From an uncultured Alphaproteobacteria bacterium (GTDB lineage: Bacteria > Pseudomonadota > Alphaproteobacteria > Sphingomonadales > Sphingomonadaceae): DNA of 64,000 nt. The translations under genes and the position numbers were made by a program. The notes below the pieces were generated by a model, which saw nothing but the letters and a program-made list of their open reading frames with translations, was not told the origin of the DNA and made no database searches. The stretch lies in the NCBI GenBank assembly GCA_963849435.1, contig CAWKHO010000016.1, positions 7,517 through 71,516 of the forward strand, given 5' to 3'. Shown one piece after another: positions 22,935 to 33,485 of this stretch. Numbering within the stretch: position 1 is the first letter of the stretch; each line of letters starts with the position of its first letter.

Positions 22935-23406
22935 TTAAGGCGTCAGTTGGGCGACGCCGTTGGCCACCGCGATGATCAAGGACAGGATCGCGATCATACC
23001 GAGACCACAAATACCGATCGCCACAAGCGTCTGCATTGCGGTCAAGGACTGAAGCATCCTTGGCCCGTCTGTCGCTATGTCCCGAAGAACGAACGTTGTC
23101 CGCTCCGGTTGAGTGTCAGATGCTCCAGTCGAAGGCGTTAGAGGAAGCTCCGGCGCACCGCAGTACGGTTCAACCGTAGTATGTGCGCTACGGTAAAACA
23201 GACGTGCAGCCTCCCCCGTATCTCGAGCCCCAAGCTTTTTACGCGCTGCTTTTAGATGTTGCTCGACGGCGTGGTGGCTGATCCCGAGCTGAACTCCTAT
23301 CTGCTTTGCGGTCTTCCGCTGCAGAAAGCCCATGAGACACAGGCGCTGCCGCTCGGTGAGATGAGGCAAATCGGTCCCCGTCGTCTGAAAGACCGAGCGC
23401 CAGCAT
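22935..23406 (-). CDS. LuxR-type HTH regulator with C-terminal TM helix (start uncertain, 23406 or 23462)
   Basis: LTERQRLCL...TAKQIGVQLGISHHAVEQHLKAARKKLG; C-terminal LVAIGICGLGMIAILSLIIAV. Confidence 0.85.
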
Positions 23407-23489
23407 TCTGAACACAAATTGGGCCACTTTGGCAAGGAACCGCGCCATGCGCTTTCATTCATTCCCGTTCTATAACCAATCTGGTACAG

Positions 23490-23526
23490 AATAGGAAAGT
23501 AATTATATAAATTGCGCTTTCCTATT
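23490..23526. promoter_or_regulatory. perfect 10-bp inverted repeat (operator-like)
   Basis: AATAGGAAAG-N17-CTTTCCTATT in the AT-rich divergent intergenic region. Confidence 0.5.
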
Positions 23527-23577
23527 AGAGCCAGTCAGGTTCATACTGTGATTCCCTACAACAGTGGAGCTTCTGTC

Positions 23578-23701
23578 ATGGCTACTCTAATCAACCTCTT
23601 CACATCTGCGGATGACGGTCCTGGCGATGGCGGCATACCCGCGCCAATTCCGTGCATACCCGGTCAGGGTTTCCCGCCGGTGAAGCCGCCGCAGTTGCTA
23701 G
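23578..23701 (+). CDS. putative Pro/Gly-rich small peptide (3' end uncertain)
   Basis: GGAG RBS 8 nt before ATG; MATLINLFTSADDGPGDGGIPAPIPCIPGQGFPPVKPPQLL; as sequenced the frame runs on to 24009. Confidence 0.4.
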
Positions 23702-23772
23702 TCCCTCCCCGGCTGATATTGCGCCGCGTCCGTCACGCGAAACGGGGGGGCGTCAGTACAGCGCTGTTGGAT

Positions 23773-23920
23773 TCCGACACATCCGACGACCCCCCAAATT
23801 CAAAGCCACGTGACGGACAGGGTGCAGTCGATTCCCGCGCTGGCGCGCGCGCGACGCGCGTGCAGGGCTGCGACCTTTGTGACCTTTCGCGCCGTTGCTA
23901 CGAACATTCGCGAACATTCG
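23773..23920. repeat. cluster of short tandem doublets (TCCGACACA-TCCGAC, GACCTTTGT-GACCTTT, CGAACATTCG x2)
   Basis: Read directly; the first motif recurs at 47108-47130. Confidence 0.6.
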
Positions 23921-23999
23921 CGGCAGCGTCTCGCCGGCAATGCGCGACCCGGCTCGGGACCGGCGGTCACGCTGGCCGGAGATTTCTGACCGCGTGCGA

Positions 24000-24026
24000 G
24001 TCATCCTGACGAAGGTCAGGATCCAT
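24000..24026. repeat. REP-like palindrome
   Basis: GTC-ATCCTGAC-GAAG-GTCAGGAT-CC hairpin. Confidence 0.65.
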
Positions 24027-24093
24027 GAACCCAACAGCCCGGAACTTCCGGAGCTTGGCCCGCGCCGCTGTTTGCGGCTAGTCGTTGCCGTGG

Positions 24094-25005
24094 ATGGACA
24101 TCTACCTCCCGATCGCGGGCCAGTCGGTCAACGCGCTCTTCATCATCGTCCTCGGCTTCCTCGTGGGCGTGCTCTCGGGAATGTTCGGCGTCGGCGGCGG
24201 CTTTCTCACCACCCCGCTGCTGATTTTCTACGGAATCCCGCCGACGGTCGCGGTTGCCTCGTCGGCCACCCAGATCACCGGCGCAAGCGTCTCCGGCGTG
24301 ATGGTCCACATGCGCCGCGGCGGGGTGGACATGAAGATGGGCGGAGTGATGATCGCCGGCGGCCTGCTCGGTTCGGTGGTCGGCGCGGCTATGTTCCGTG
24401 TCCTGCAGGCGAGTGGCCAGATCGATGTCGTCATCGGGCTGCTTTACGTCGTCATTCTCGCCGCGATCGGCGCCCTCATGCTCAAGGATTCGCTGACCGC
24501 GCTCGGTTATCTCGGCACGAAGGAGCCGGCGAAGGCGTCCGCTCGCCACAATCGCTGGGTGGCCTCATTGCCGCTGCGCTGGCGCTTTTACAGTTCGGGA
24601 CTCTATCTTTCGCCCGTCGCGCCCCTCGCGCTCGGCTTTCTCGCCGGCGTGCTCACTGTCTTCCTCGGCATCGGCGGCGGCTTCATCCTCGTCCCGGCGA
24701 TGATCTACCTGCTCGGGATGCCCGCGCGCATCGTCGTCGGCACCAGCCTGGTGGTGATCCTCGCGGTCAGTGCAGGAACGACCCTGATCCATTCGCTCAC
24801 GACGCGAGCCGTCGACATCGTGCTGGCCGGATTGCTGCTGGTGGGCGGCGTCATCGGAGCGCAATATGGCGCGCTCCTGACGACGCGCCTCAGGCCCGAC
24901 TACCTGCGGCTTGCGCTGGCGCTGATCATCCTGCTCGTCGGCCTGCGCATGTTCCTTGGCCTGTTCTGGCGTCCCGACGAGATTTACTCGATCGTCTATT
25001 TGTGA
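24094..25005 (+). CDS. sulfite exporter TauE/SafE family protein
   Basis: SGMFGVGGGFLTTP and LGIGGGFILVP repeats; 8 TM. Confidence 0.9.
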   Translation: MDIYLPIAGQSVNALFIIVLGFLVGVLSGMFGVGGGFLTTPLLIFYGIPPTVAVASSATQITGASVSGVMVHMRRGGVDMKMGGVMIAGGLLGSVVGAAMFRVLQASGQIDVVIGLLYVVILAAIGALMLKDSLTALGYLGTKEPAKASARHNRWVASLPLRWRFYSSGLYLSPVAPLALGFLAGVLTVFLGIGGGFILVPAMIYLLGMPARIVVGTSLVVILAVSAGTTLIHSLTTRAVDIVLAGLLLVGGVIGAQYGALLTTRLRPDYLRLALALIILLVGLRMFLGLFWRPDEIYSIVYL

Positions 25006-25769
25006 AGCGCCGTCTCGCCCCGCTTGCGCTCGCCTGTCTCGCGCCGTTGCTCATCGGTGCTGACAAGCCGGTGCTCGTGCCCGACATCTCGGCGCGCCAG
25101 GTGCAGATCCGCTACAGCTTCACCGGCGCACAGCTGCTGCTGTTCGGCGCGGTCGTCTACCCGGGCGGGCGTCCGCCGGCCAAGCCCACCGACATCGCGG
25201 TCGTCCTGCGCGGGCCGGTCCAGCCGATCCTGGTGCGCGAGAAGCAGAAGATCGCCGGCATTTGGATGAACGCGGATTCCGACCGATTCCGTTCGGCGCC
25301 ATCCTTCTACGCGGTCGCCTCCTCGCGGCCGATCCGCCAACTGGTCGATGACCGCACGGCCTCCATCTACGAGCTTGGACTGCACAATCTCCAGCTGTCG
25401 CCGGGCGGCGGCGCGCTCCCTGAGAAGGAGCGGCGGTTCGAGGCCGGGCTGCTCGACCTTCGCCGCCGGCAAGGACTCTATTCGGAGAACCCGCAAGGCG
25501 TCGAAATCACCGACGGCGTGCTCTATCGCGCGGTAATCACAATCCCCAGCCAGGTCCCGGTCGGCACCTACACCGCCGAGACCTTCCTCATAGACGACGG
25601 ACGCGTGCTCGCCGCCGCCACCCGCGACATCCAGATCGATAAGTCCGGCTTCGAGCGTTACGTGGCGCTCGCCGCGCGCCGCCACGAAGGTCTTTACGGC
25701 CTTGTATCGGTGGCCCTTTCGCTTGGTCTCGGCTGGGCCGCCGCGGCCGCCTTCCGCCGCCGTTTCTAA
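25002..25769 (+). CDS. TIGR02186 family membrane-anchored protein
   Basis: YSFTGAQLLLFGA, REKQKIAGIWMN, PSFYAVASSRP, VPVGTY; C-terminal TM; GTGA overlap with TauE. Confidence 0.85.
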   Translation: MKRRLAPLALACLAPLLIGADKPVLVPDISARQVQIRYSFTGAQLLLFGAVVYPGGRPPAKPTDIAVVLRGPVQPILVREKQKIAGIWMNADSDRFRSAPSFYAVASSRPIRQLVDDRTASIYELGLHNLQLSPGGGALPEKERRFEAGLLDLRRRQGLYSENPQGVEITDGVLYRAVITIPSQVPVGTYTAETFLIDDGRVLAAATRDIQIDKSGFERYVALAARRHEGLYGLVSVALSLGLGWAAAAAFRRRF

Positions 25770-25790
25770 GCGCGCGGTATGCGCGAACGC

Positions 25791-25807
25791 CTAAGTTAAT
25801 TTTAACC
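25791..25807. promoter_or_regulatory. CtrA-like box
   Basis: CTAA-N7-TTAACC, one mismatch from TTAA-N7-TTAA, upstream of the ATPase gene. Confidence 0.4.
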
Positions 25808-25858
25808 GCTCACCGGTAAGCAATTGCCCAGTGATTTGAGAGCGGAGAGTACGCGCAC

Positions 25859-27544
25859 ATGGACGATCAGCCGAACCTGCACGAATTCCTCAATGAAGTC
25901 AGCAACTTCGCGGAGGAAGCACCGGTTGCGAAAGGCGGCTCCGGGAGCGCATCCCTGACTCCGATCGGCGAAGTCTTCGAGATCGCCGGTTCGGGTTCGC
26001 AGATCCGCATGGACGCCGCCGCGCTCAACGGCATCCAGTCTCACAAGGATCCGTCGATCGCCATGTCGGGTCAAGTCGGAAGCCAGGTCAAAATGACCGT
26101 CGGCGACAACTGGCTGATCGCCAACGTCCGCACCATGCGCGGCGAGGCCGGCGGCGAAGTCGTCGCCCTCGTAGACTTCCTCGGCGAAGGCACCAGAGCG
26201 GCCAACGGCCAGCTCGGCAATTTCCGGCGCGGCGTCACGCGTTATCCGATTCCGGGTGCGCACGTGCTCCCGGTCTCGACGGAGGACTTGCGCGCAGTGT
26301 TCGCCGCAAGCGACGAGCCGCACGTCGAGATCGGCACCGTTTACCCGACCGACGACATCCGCGGCGCGCTGTATGTTGACCCGATGCTGTCGAAGCATTT
26401 CGCCGTTCTGGGATCGACCGGTACCGGTAAATCGACCTCGGTTGCCCTGATCCTGCACCGCATTTCGCAGCTTTCGCCCGAGGGTCACATCGTGATGATC
26501 GACCCGCACGGCGAATATTCGGCCGCGTTCAAGAATTGCGGCGAGATTTTCAACGTCGACAATTTGCAGCTGCCCTACTGGCTGATGAACTTCGACGAAC
26601 ATTGCGAAGTGCTGCTCACGACTCATGGCGCCGACCGGCAGCGCGACGCCGACATCCTCGCCAAGTTGCTGCTCGCCGCGCGCACCAAGGGCAAGGACGT
26701 CAGCCAGTACGGCAAGGTCACCGTCGACAGCCCGATCCCATATCTGCTTGCGGACCTCCACACGATCCTCGTCAATGAGATGGGCAAGCTCGATCGCGCC
26801 GGCGACACGCTCCCGTTCCAGCGCCTCAAGACCAAGCTCGACGAGATCCGCGCCGACCCCCGCTACACCTTCATGTTCTCCGGAATGCTGGTGACGGATT
26901 CGATGCCGGCCTTGCTTGCCAAGCTGTTCCGGCTGCCAAGCCAAGGCCGTCCGATTTCGATCGTCGACGTTTCGGGCGTTCCATCGGAGGTCACGTCGGT
27001 GGTGGTTTCGGTGCTTGCGCGCATGGTGTTCGACTATGCGATCTGGTCGCGGACCGAGGCGCAGCGTCCGCTGCTTCTCGTCTGCGAGGAAGCGCACCGC
27101 TACGTTCCCAAGGACGAAACTTCCGAAAACGGCCAGGCTGTTCGCCGCATCCTCGAACGCATCGCCAAGGAAGGCCGTAAGTACGGCGTTTCCCTCGGCC
27201 TGATCACGCAGCGTCCATCCGACCTGGCCGAAGGCGTTCTGTCGCAGTGCGGCACGATCATCGCGATGCGCTTGAACAACGAGCGCGACCAGGCCTGCGT
27301 CCGCGCCGCGATGCCTGAGGGCGCGCGCGGCTTCCTCGACGCCATTCCAGCGCTCCGCAACCGCGAGTGCATCGTCTGCGGCGAGGGCGTCGCGATCCCG
27401 ATCCGCGTGCGCTTCGACGACCTCGAACCCGAGAAGCGCCCAGCCTCGTCCGATCCCAGCTTCGCCCGCCTGTGGCGCGAGACCGGCGACGAAGCCGGCA
27501 TCATCCAGCGCACCATCAAGCGCTGGAGAGGGCACGGGCGCTAA
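25859..27544 (+). CDS. HerA/FtsK-like ATPase (DUF87)
   Basis: HFAVLGSTGTGKS Walker A, IDPHGEY, CEEAHRY, KEGRKYG and TQRPS motifs. Confidence 0.9.
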   Translation: MDDQPNLHEFLNEVSNFAEEAPVAKGGSGSASLTPIGEVFEIAGSGSQIRMDAAALNGIQSHKDPSIAMSGQVGSQVKMTVGDNWLIANVRTMRGEAGGEVVALVDFLGEGTRAANGQLGNFRRGVTRYPIPGAHVLPVSTEDLRAVFAASDEPHVEIGTVYPTDDIRGALYVDPMLSKHFAVLGSTGTGKSTSVALILHRISQLSPEGHIVMIDPHGEYSAAFKNCGEIFNVDNLQLPYWLMNFDEHCEVLLTTHGADRQRDADILAKLLLAARTKGKDVSQYGKVTVDSPIPYLLADLHTILVNEMGKLDRAGDTLPFQRLKTKLDEIRADPRYTFMFSGMLVTDSMPALLAKLFRLPSQGRPISIVDVSGVPSEVTSVVVSVLARMVFDYAIWSRTEAQRPLLLVCEEAHRYVPKDETSENGQAVRRILERIAKEGRKYGVSLGLITQRPSDLAEGVLSQCGTIIAMRLNNERDQACVRAAMPEGARGFLDAIPALRNRECIVCGEGVAIPIRVRFDDLEPEKRPASSDPSFARLWRETGDEAGIIQRTIKRWRGHGR

Positions 27545-27560
27545 CTCGGCGCTTGGTTCC

Positions 27561-27585
27561 GGAACAACCGTTCGCCGCCCGGGTT
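27561..27585 (+). promoter_or_regulatory. sigma-EcfG (general stress response) promoter
   Basis: GGAAC-N16-GGTT upstream of the hemerythrin gene. Confidence 0.6.
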
Positions 27586-27611
27586 CGTCGCTCGAAGCCG
27601 GGAGAGCGCCG

Positions 27612-28124
27612 ATGGACATCACGCGATTAATTCTTGACGACCATCAGGAGCAGCGCCGGCTGTTCGCGATCATCGACGAGCTGACGCAAGCGGACGTGGA
27701 CGCCTTAAGTGCGGTGTGGGCACGATTGCGAGCGCTCCTCGACACCCATGCCGAGGCCGAAGAGCGCTTTTTTTATCCCGAGCTGCTTAAGATCGGCCGC
27801 GGCGCCGCCGACAGCGGCAGCGCAGCTGACGAAACCCGCGATGCCATCAGAGATCACAACGAGATACGCGACACGGCGGCGGAGGTTGACCGGCACACGG
27901 TCGGATCGAGTGACTGGTTTGCGGCCGTCGCGGCGGTGAACAAGGCGAATGGCGATCATATGGCCGAGGAAGAGCGGCAGGGCCTGAGCGACTTCCGTCG
28001 GCAAGGTGAGCTCGCCGTGCGCGACCGGCTGGCCAGAGAGTTTGCCCGCTTTTCCGCCGAATTTCTGACCGGCGTCAAACCCGTCGATAAGGACGTCGAC
28101 GCTTACGTCCGGGAAAACAGCTGA
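27612..28124 (+). CDS. hemerythrin (HHE) domain protein
   Basis: DH, HAEAEE..FYP, DH and HMAEEE motifs. Confidence 0.88.
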   Translation: MDITRLILDDHQEQRRLFAIIDELTQADVDALSAVWARLRALLDTHAEAEERFFYPELLKIGRGAADSGSAADETRDAIRDHNEIRDTAAEVDRHTVGSSDWFAAVAAVNKANGDHMAEEERQGLSDFRRQGELAVRDRLAREFARFSAEFLTGVKPVDKDVDAYVRENS

Positions 28125-28136
28125 GCCGCCGGGTCG

Positions 28137-29243
28137 CTATGCGCCCCGCTTCGCCCCAACGCTGAGCAGCGCCTTCAAGCGCGCCTTCACGGCGTTGACC
28201 AACCCCGTATCCACCACCTGCACGCCGGCAAAGTGCACCGCGAGCGGGTTCACCGGCTGACCGCTTTGCCGCACTTCGAAATGCACGTGCGGGCCGGTCG
28301 AGAGGCCGCTTGAACCGACATAGCCGATCAGCTGGCCCTGGCGAACGAAGCTGCCTGGCGCGGCGACGATCTCGCTCATATGTCCGTAGAGGCTGACCAG
28401 CCCGCCGCCATGCGCGATCTGCACCTCGCGGCCGTAACCGCCGGCCCAGCCCGCGGCGACAATGCGGCCGTCGCCGGCGGCGACGATCGGGCTGCCCCAG
28501 CTGGCGCCGATATCGACGCCTGCGTGGAAGCGCGTGAAGTGCAGGATCGGGTGATAGCGATAGCCGAAGTAGGAGGTGATCGGCCCGTGCGCCGGCATCA
28601 TCATTCCGCTTTCGACCGGTGCCGGCCGGGCCGCGTTGGCCGCGTCGACCCATTCGCTGCGGCCGTTCGCATCCCACCGCACCAGTTGCAAGGCGCCTTC
28701 GCCGACGCGGTTCAGGCCAGCGTATTGCAATTGTCGATTGGGCCCGAGCACCATGTCGAAGCTGGCGTTGGGTGCCACATCGCCCACGTCGATCTCGGTC
28801 GCCAGCGCGGACAGATATTGCGCCGCGACTTCCGGTGAAGCCCCGGCCGCGCGCAGCGACCAATAGAGGCCGTCGCCAACCCGGCCGCTGATGCGCAGCG
28901 GACTCGCGGCAAACGGTGCGGGCGCTGCAACCGGAACAGCGACCGGCTCGGCGGCCACAGTGCGCTTGGGCACGAACTCGACCGGCTCGACGGCTTCGGT
29001 CGCAACCATCCGCATACCCGTCGCGCCGCCGCTCGACAGCGGAGCGATCGCGAGCGCCTGCCATTGGTGCTGCTCGTCGGTTGGAACGCCCGTTACGCGC
29101 GGCAAGGACGCCCAGGCAACTCCACTGCACAGCAGCGCAATCGCGCCGGCGCTCTTCCATCCCGGACGCGGCAGCGCCGGCGCAAGCGCGCGGGCATTCG
29201 CCCGCCGACCGAACGCTGGAACATGGCTTGGTGGCGTCAACAC
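28137..29243 (-). CDS. M23 family metallopeptidase
   Basis: HPIL...HAGVD, YGHMS and GLSTGPHVHFEV motifs. Confidence 0.9.
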   Translation of the reverse strand: MLTPPSHVPAFGRRANARALAPALPRPGWKSAGAIALLCSGVAWASLPRVTGVPTDEQHQWQALAIAPLSSGGATGMRMVATEAVEPVEFVPKRTVAAEPVAVPVAAPAPFAASPLRISGRVGDGLYWSLRAAGASPEVAAQYLSALATEIDVGDVAPNASFDMVLGPNRQLQYAGLNRVGEGALQLVRWDANGRSEWVDAANAARPAPVESGMMMPAHGPITSYFGYRYHPILHFTRFHAGVDIGASWGSPIVAAGDGRIVAAGWAGGYGREVQIAHGGGLVSLYGHMSEIVAAPGSFVRQGQLIGYVGSSGLSTGPHVHFEVRQSGQPVNPLAVHFAGVQVVDTGLVNAVKARLKALLSVGAKRGA

Positions 29244-29282
29244 CCACCCGGTGTCGCGAATCGAGGTAAAAAGGGAGTTAAA

Positions 29283-29406
29283 ATCCTCCCCGGAACGGGG
29301 AGGGGGACCATTCGCCGAAGAGTGAATGGTGGAGGGGGCGACGTGCAGGGCTCCAACCCCCCTCCGTCACGGCTTCGCCGTGCCACCTCTCCGTCCCGGA
29401 GAGGAA
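29283..29406. repeat. REP/MITE-like double palindromic element
   Basis: ATCCTCCCC..GGGGAGGGG..GGTGGAGGGG followed by an inverted partner CCCCTCC..CCACCTCTCC..GGAGAGGA. Confidence 0.75.
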
Positions 29407-29445
29407 TGGAACCTTGCGCTTCTCTGGCGCGCTGCCACATTCGAC

Positions 29446-31965
<2,520 letters not shown>

Positions 31966-31969
<4 letters not shown>

Positions 31970-32238
31970 GGATCGACCGCTATCTGCACCGCATCCGCCT
32001 GGTGAAGAGCCGCACCCTCGCGCAGGCGGTGATCGAAACCGGCTACGTCCGCATCGACGGCAAGCGCGTCGAGAAGCCGAGCGAAGACGTCCGCGTCGGC
32101 AGCGTTATCGCGCTCCCGCTCCACGAAAAGGTTCGCGTGCTACGCGTCTTGTGCCTTCCCGAACGACGCGGTCCAGCACTGGAAGCACGGGCCTGTTACG
32201 AGGAGCTGGGCGTTGACGAGGGCGGCCGCCGCTCTTAG
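31966..32238 (+). CDS. RNA-binding S4 domain protein (Hsp15-like)
   Basis: RIDRYL..RLVKSRTLA...RRGPALEA..CY. Confidence 0.88.
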
Positions 32239-32265
32239 CGAAAGCCCCAGAGGGAGCCGCACTTC

Positions 32266-32604
32266 ATGACCTACGTCGTCACCGACGCCTGCATCAAATG
32301 CAAATATATGGACTGCGTCGAGGTCTGCCCCGTCGACTGCTTCTACGAGGGCGAAGTGATGCTGGTCATCAACCCCAACGAGTGCATCGACTGCGGCGTG
32401 TGCGAGCCCGAATGTCCCGCCGAAGCCATTCTCCCGGATACCGAGAGCGGCCTCGAGAAATGGCTCGAGCTCAACACCACCTTCTCCGCCGACTGGCCCA
32501 ACATCACGCGCAAGAAAGACAGCCCGGCCGACGCCGACGAGCACAAGGGCGAGGAGGGCAAGTACGACAAGTATTTCACGCCGGACCCGGGCGCCGGCGA
32601 CTAG
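32266..32604 (+). CDS. fdxA: 7Fe ferredoxin FdxA
   Basis: [18 protein letters not shown]...[13 protein letters not shown]. Confidence 0.95.
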   Translation: MTYVVTDACIKCKYMDCVEVCPVDCFYEGEVMLVINPNECIDCGVCEPECPAEAILPDTESGLEKWLELNTTFSADWPNITRKKDSPADADEHKGEEGKYDKYFTPDPGAGD

Positions 32605-32639
32605 GCGCGGCCGAACGCACCGCGAACCGCCGCAGCGGC

Positions 32640-33416
32640 TTAGCGCCGGATCGTGAACGTGTAGTTCAGCCCGATCCCGCCAGACAGCTGATTGCGTGAG
32701 CCTAACTGCCGAACGATCGGCGACTTCGCGGCGTCTCCGACCAGCCGCTCGTATCGTCCGAAACCAAACAGGCCCCAACGGCTAGTGAGCTGATGGGATA
32801 ACCCGCTTGCCACCGCGACTGCATACACACCGCTGCCGGGACGGTAAGCTGGAAGGGCGGATGCGAGTGAGGCCGCTGGACTGACGCCGAAGTAGGCACG
32901 CTGGTACCGGGCATCGGAAAACAGGACGCGCGGACCGATCGACAAGACATATCGATCACCGTCACGCCAGATCTTGTCCGCGCCGACGCTGCCGAGAAGT
33001 CCGTCGTGACCGTTGATGCCTTTCAGGAGCTCGGCGCGAAGCCGAAAGGAGTCCTTCGCCTCATATTGGGCAAATGCGCCGGCTTCGAACGTCGTTCGAA
33101 CCTTCCCGACCGGGGCACCGACGTCAGAGTTCCTGCGGCTCCACTGGATATTGGCGGCAGGTCCAAACGAGAGGCCGTCTTTGGAAATCACAGTAATGCC
33201 GGGGCTGTCATCCGGTGCGCTGAACCTGAATTCATTGGTACCGCGCGCAATATTGACGTGGAACAGCGGCGCCACTTTCGTGCCGTCCGCCCCAATGAAC
33301 TCAGGCTCCAGCTGCGCCCCGAGCCCAATCCGGACGCGAATGTCACGGCTGTCCTGAGCCGCCGCCGCGCCCCACGCCGGCAATAGAGCAGCCGAGGCAA
33401 TCAGGAAGTGTTTCAT
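32640..33416 (-). CDS. MipA/OmpV family outer-membrane protein
   Basis: Signal peptide; YFGV, RLVGDAAKSPIV; ends in aromatic beta-strand (YTF). Confidence 0.85.
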   Translation of the reverse strand: MKHFLIASAALLPAWGAAAAQDSRDIRVRIGLGAQLEPEFIGADGTKVAPLFHVNIARGTNEFRFSAPDDSPGITVISKDGLSFGPAANIQWSRRNSDVGAPVGKVRTTFEAGAFAQYEAKDSFRLRAELLKGINGHDGLLGSVGADKIWRDGDRYVLSIGPRVLFSDARYQRAYFGVSPAASLASALPAYRPGSGVYAVAVASGLSHQLTSRWGLFGFGRYERLVGDAAKSPIVRQLGSRNQLSGGIGLNYTFTIRR

Positions 33417-33485
33417 GCTGGCCGTAACCGCGCCCGCCGTTTTTGGTTGCACACCCGTATCGGCTCTCCTGTTCGCATACGCAGG

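Noticed and set aside
20880-24030. Prophage or ICE
   Set aside because: No integrase, structural or conjugation genes, and no flanking direct repeats that I could see.
25859-27544. HerA-based anti-phage system
   Set aside because: No SIR2, NurA or nuclease partner; host-like GC and a housekeeping context.
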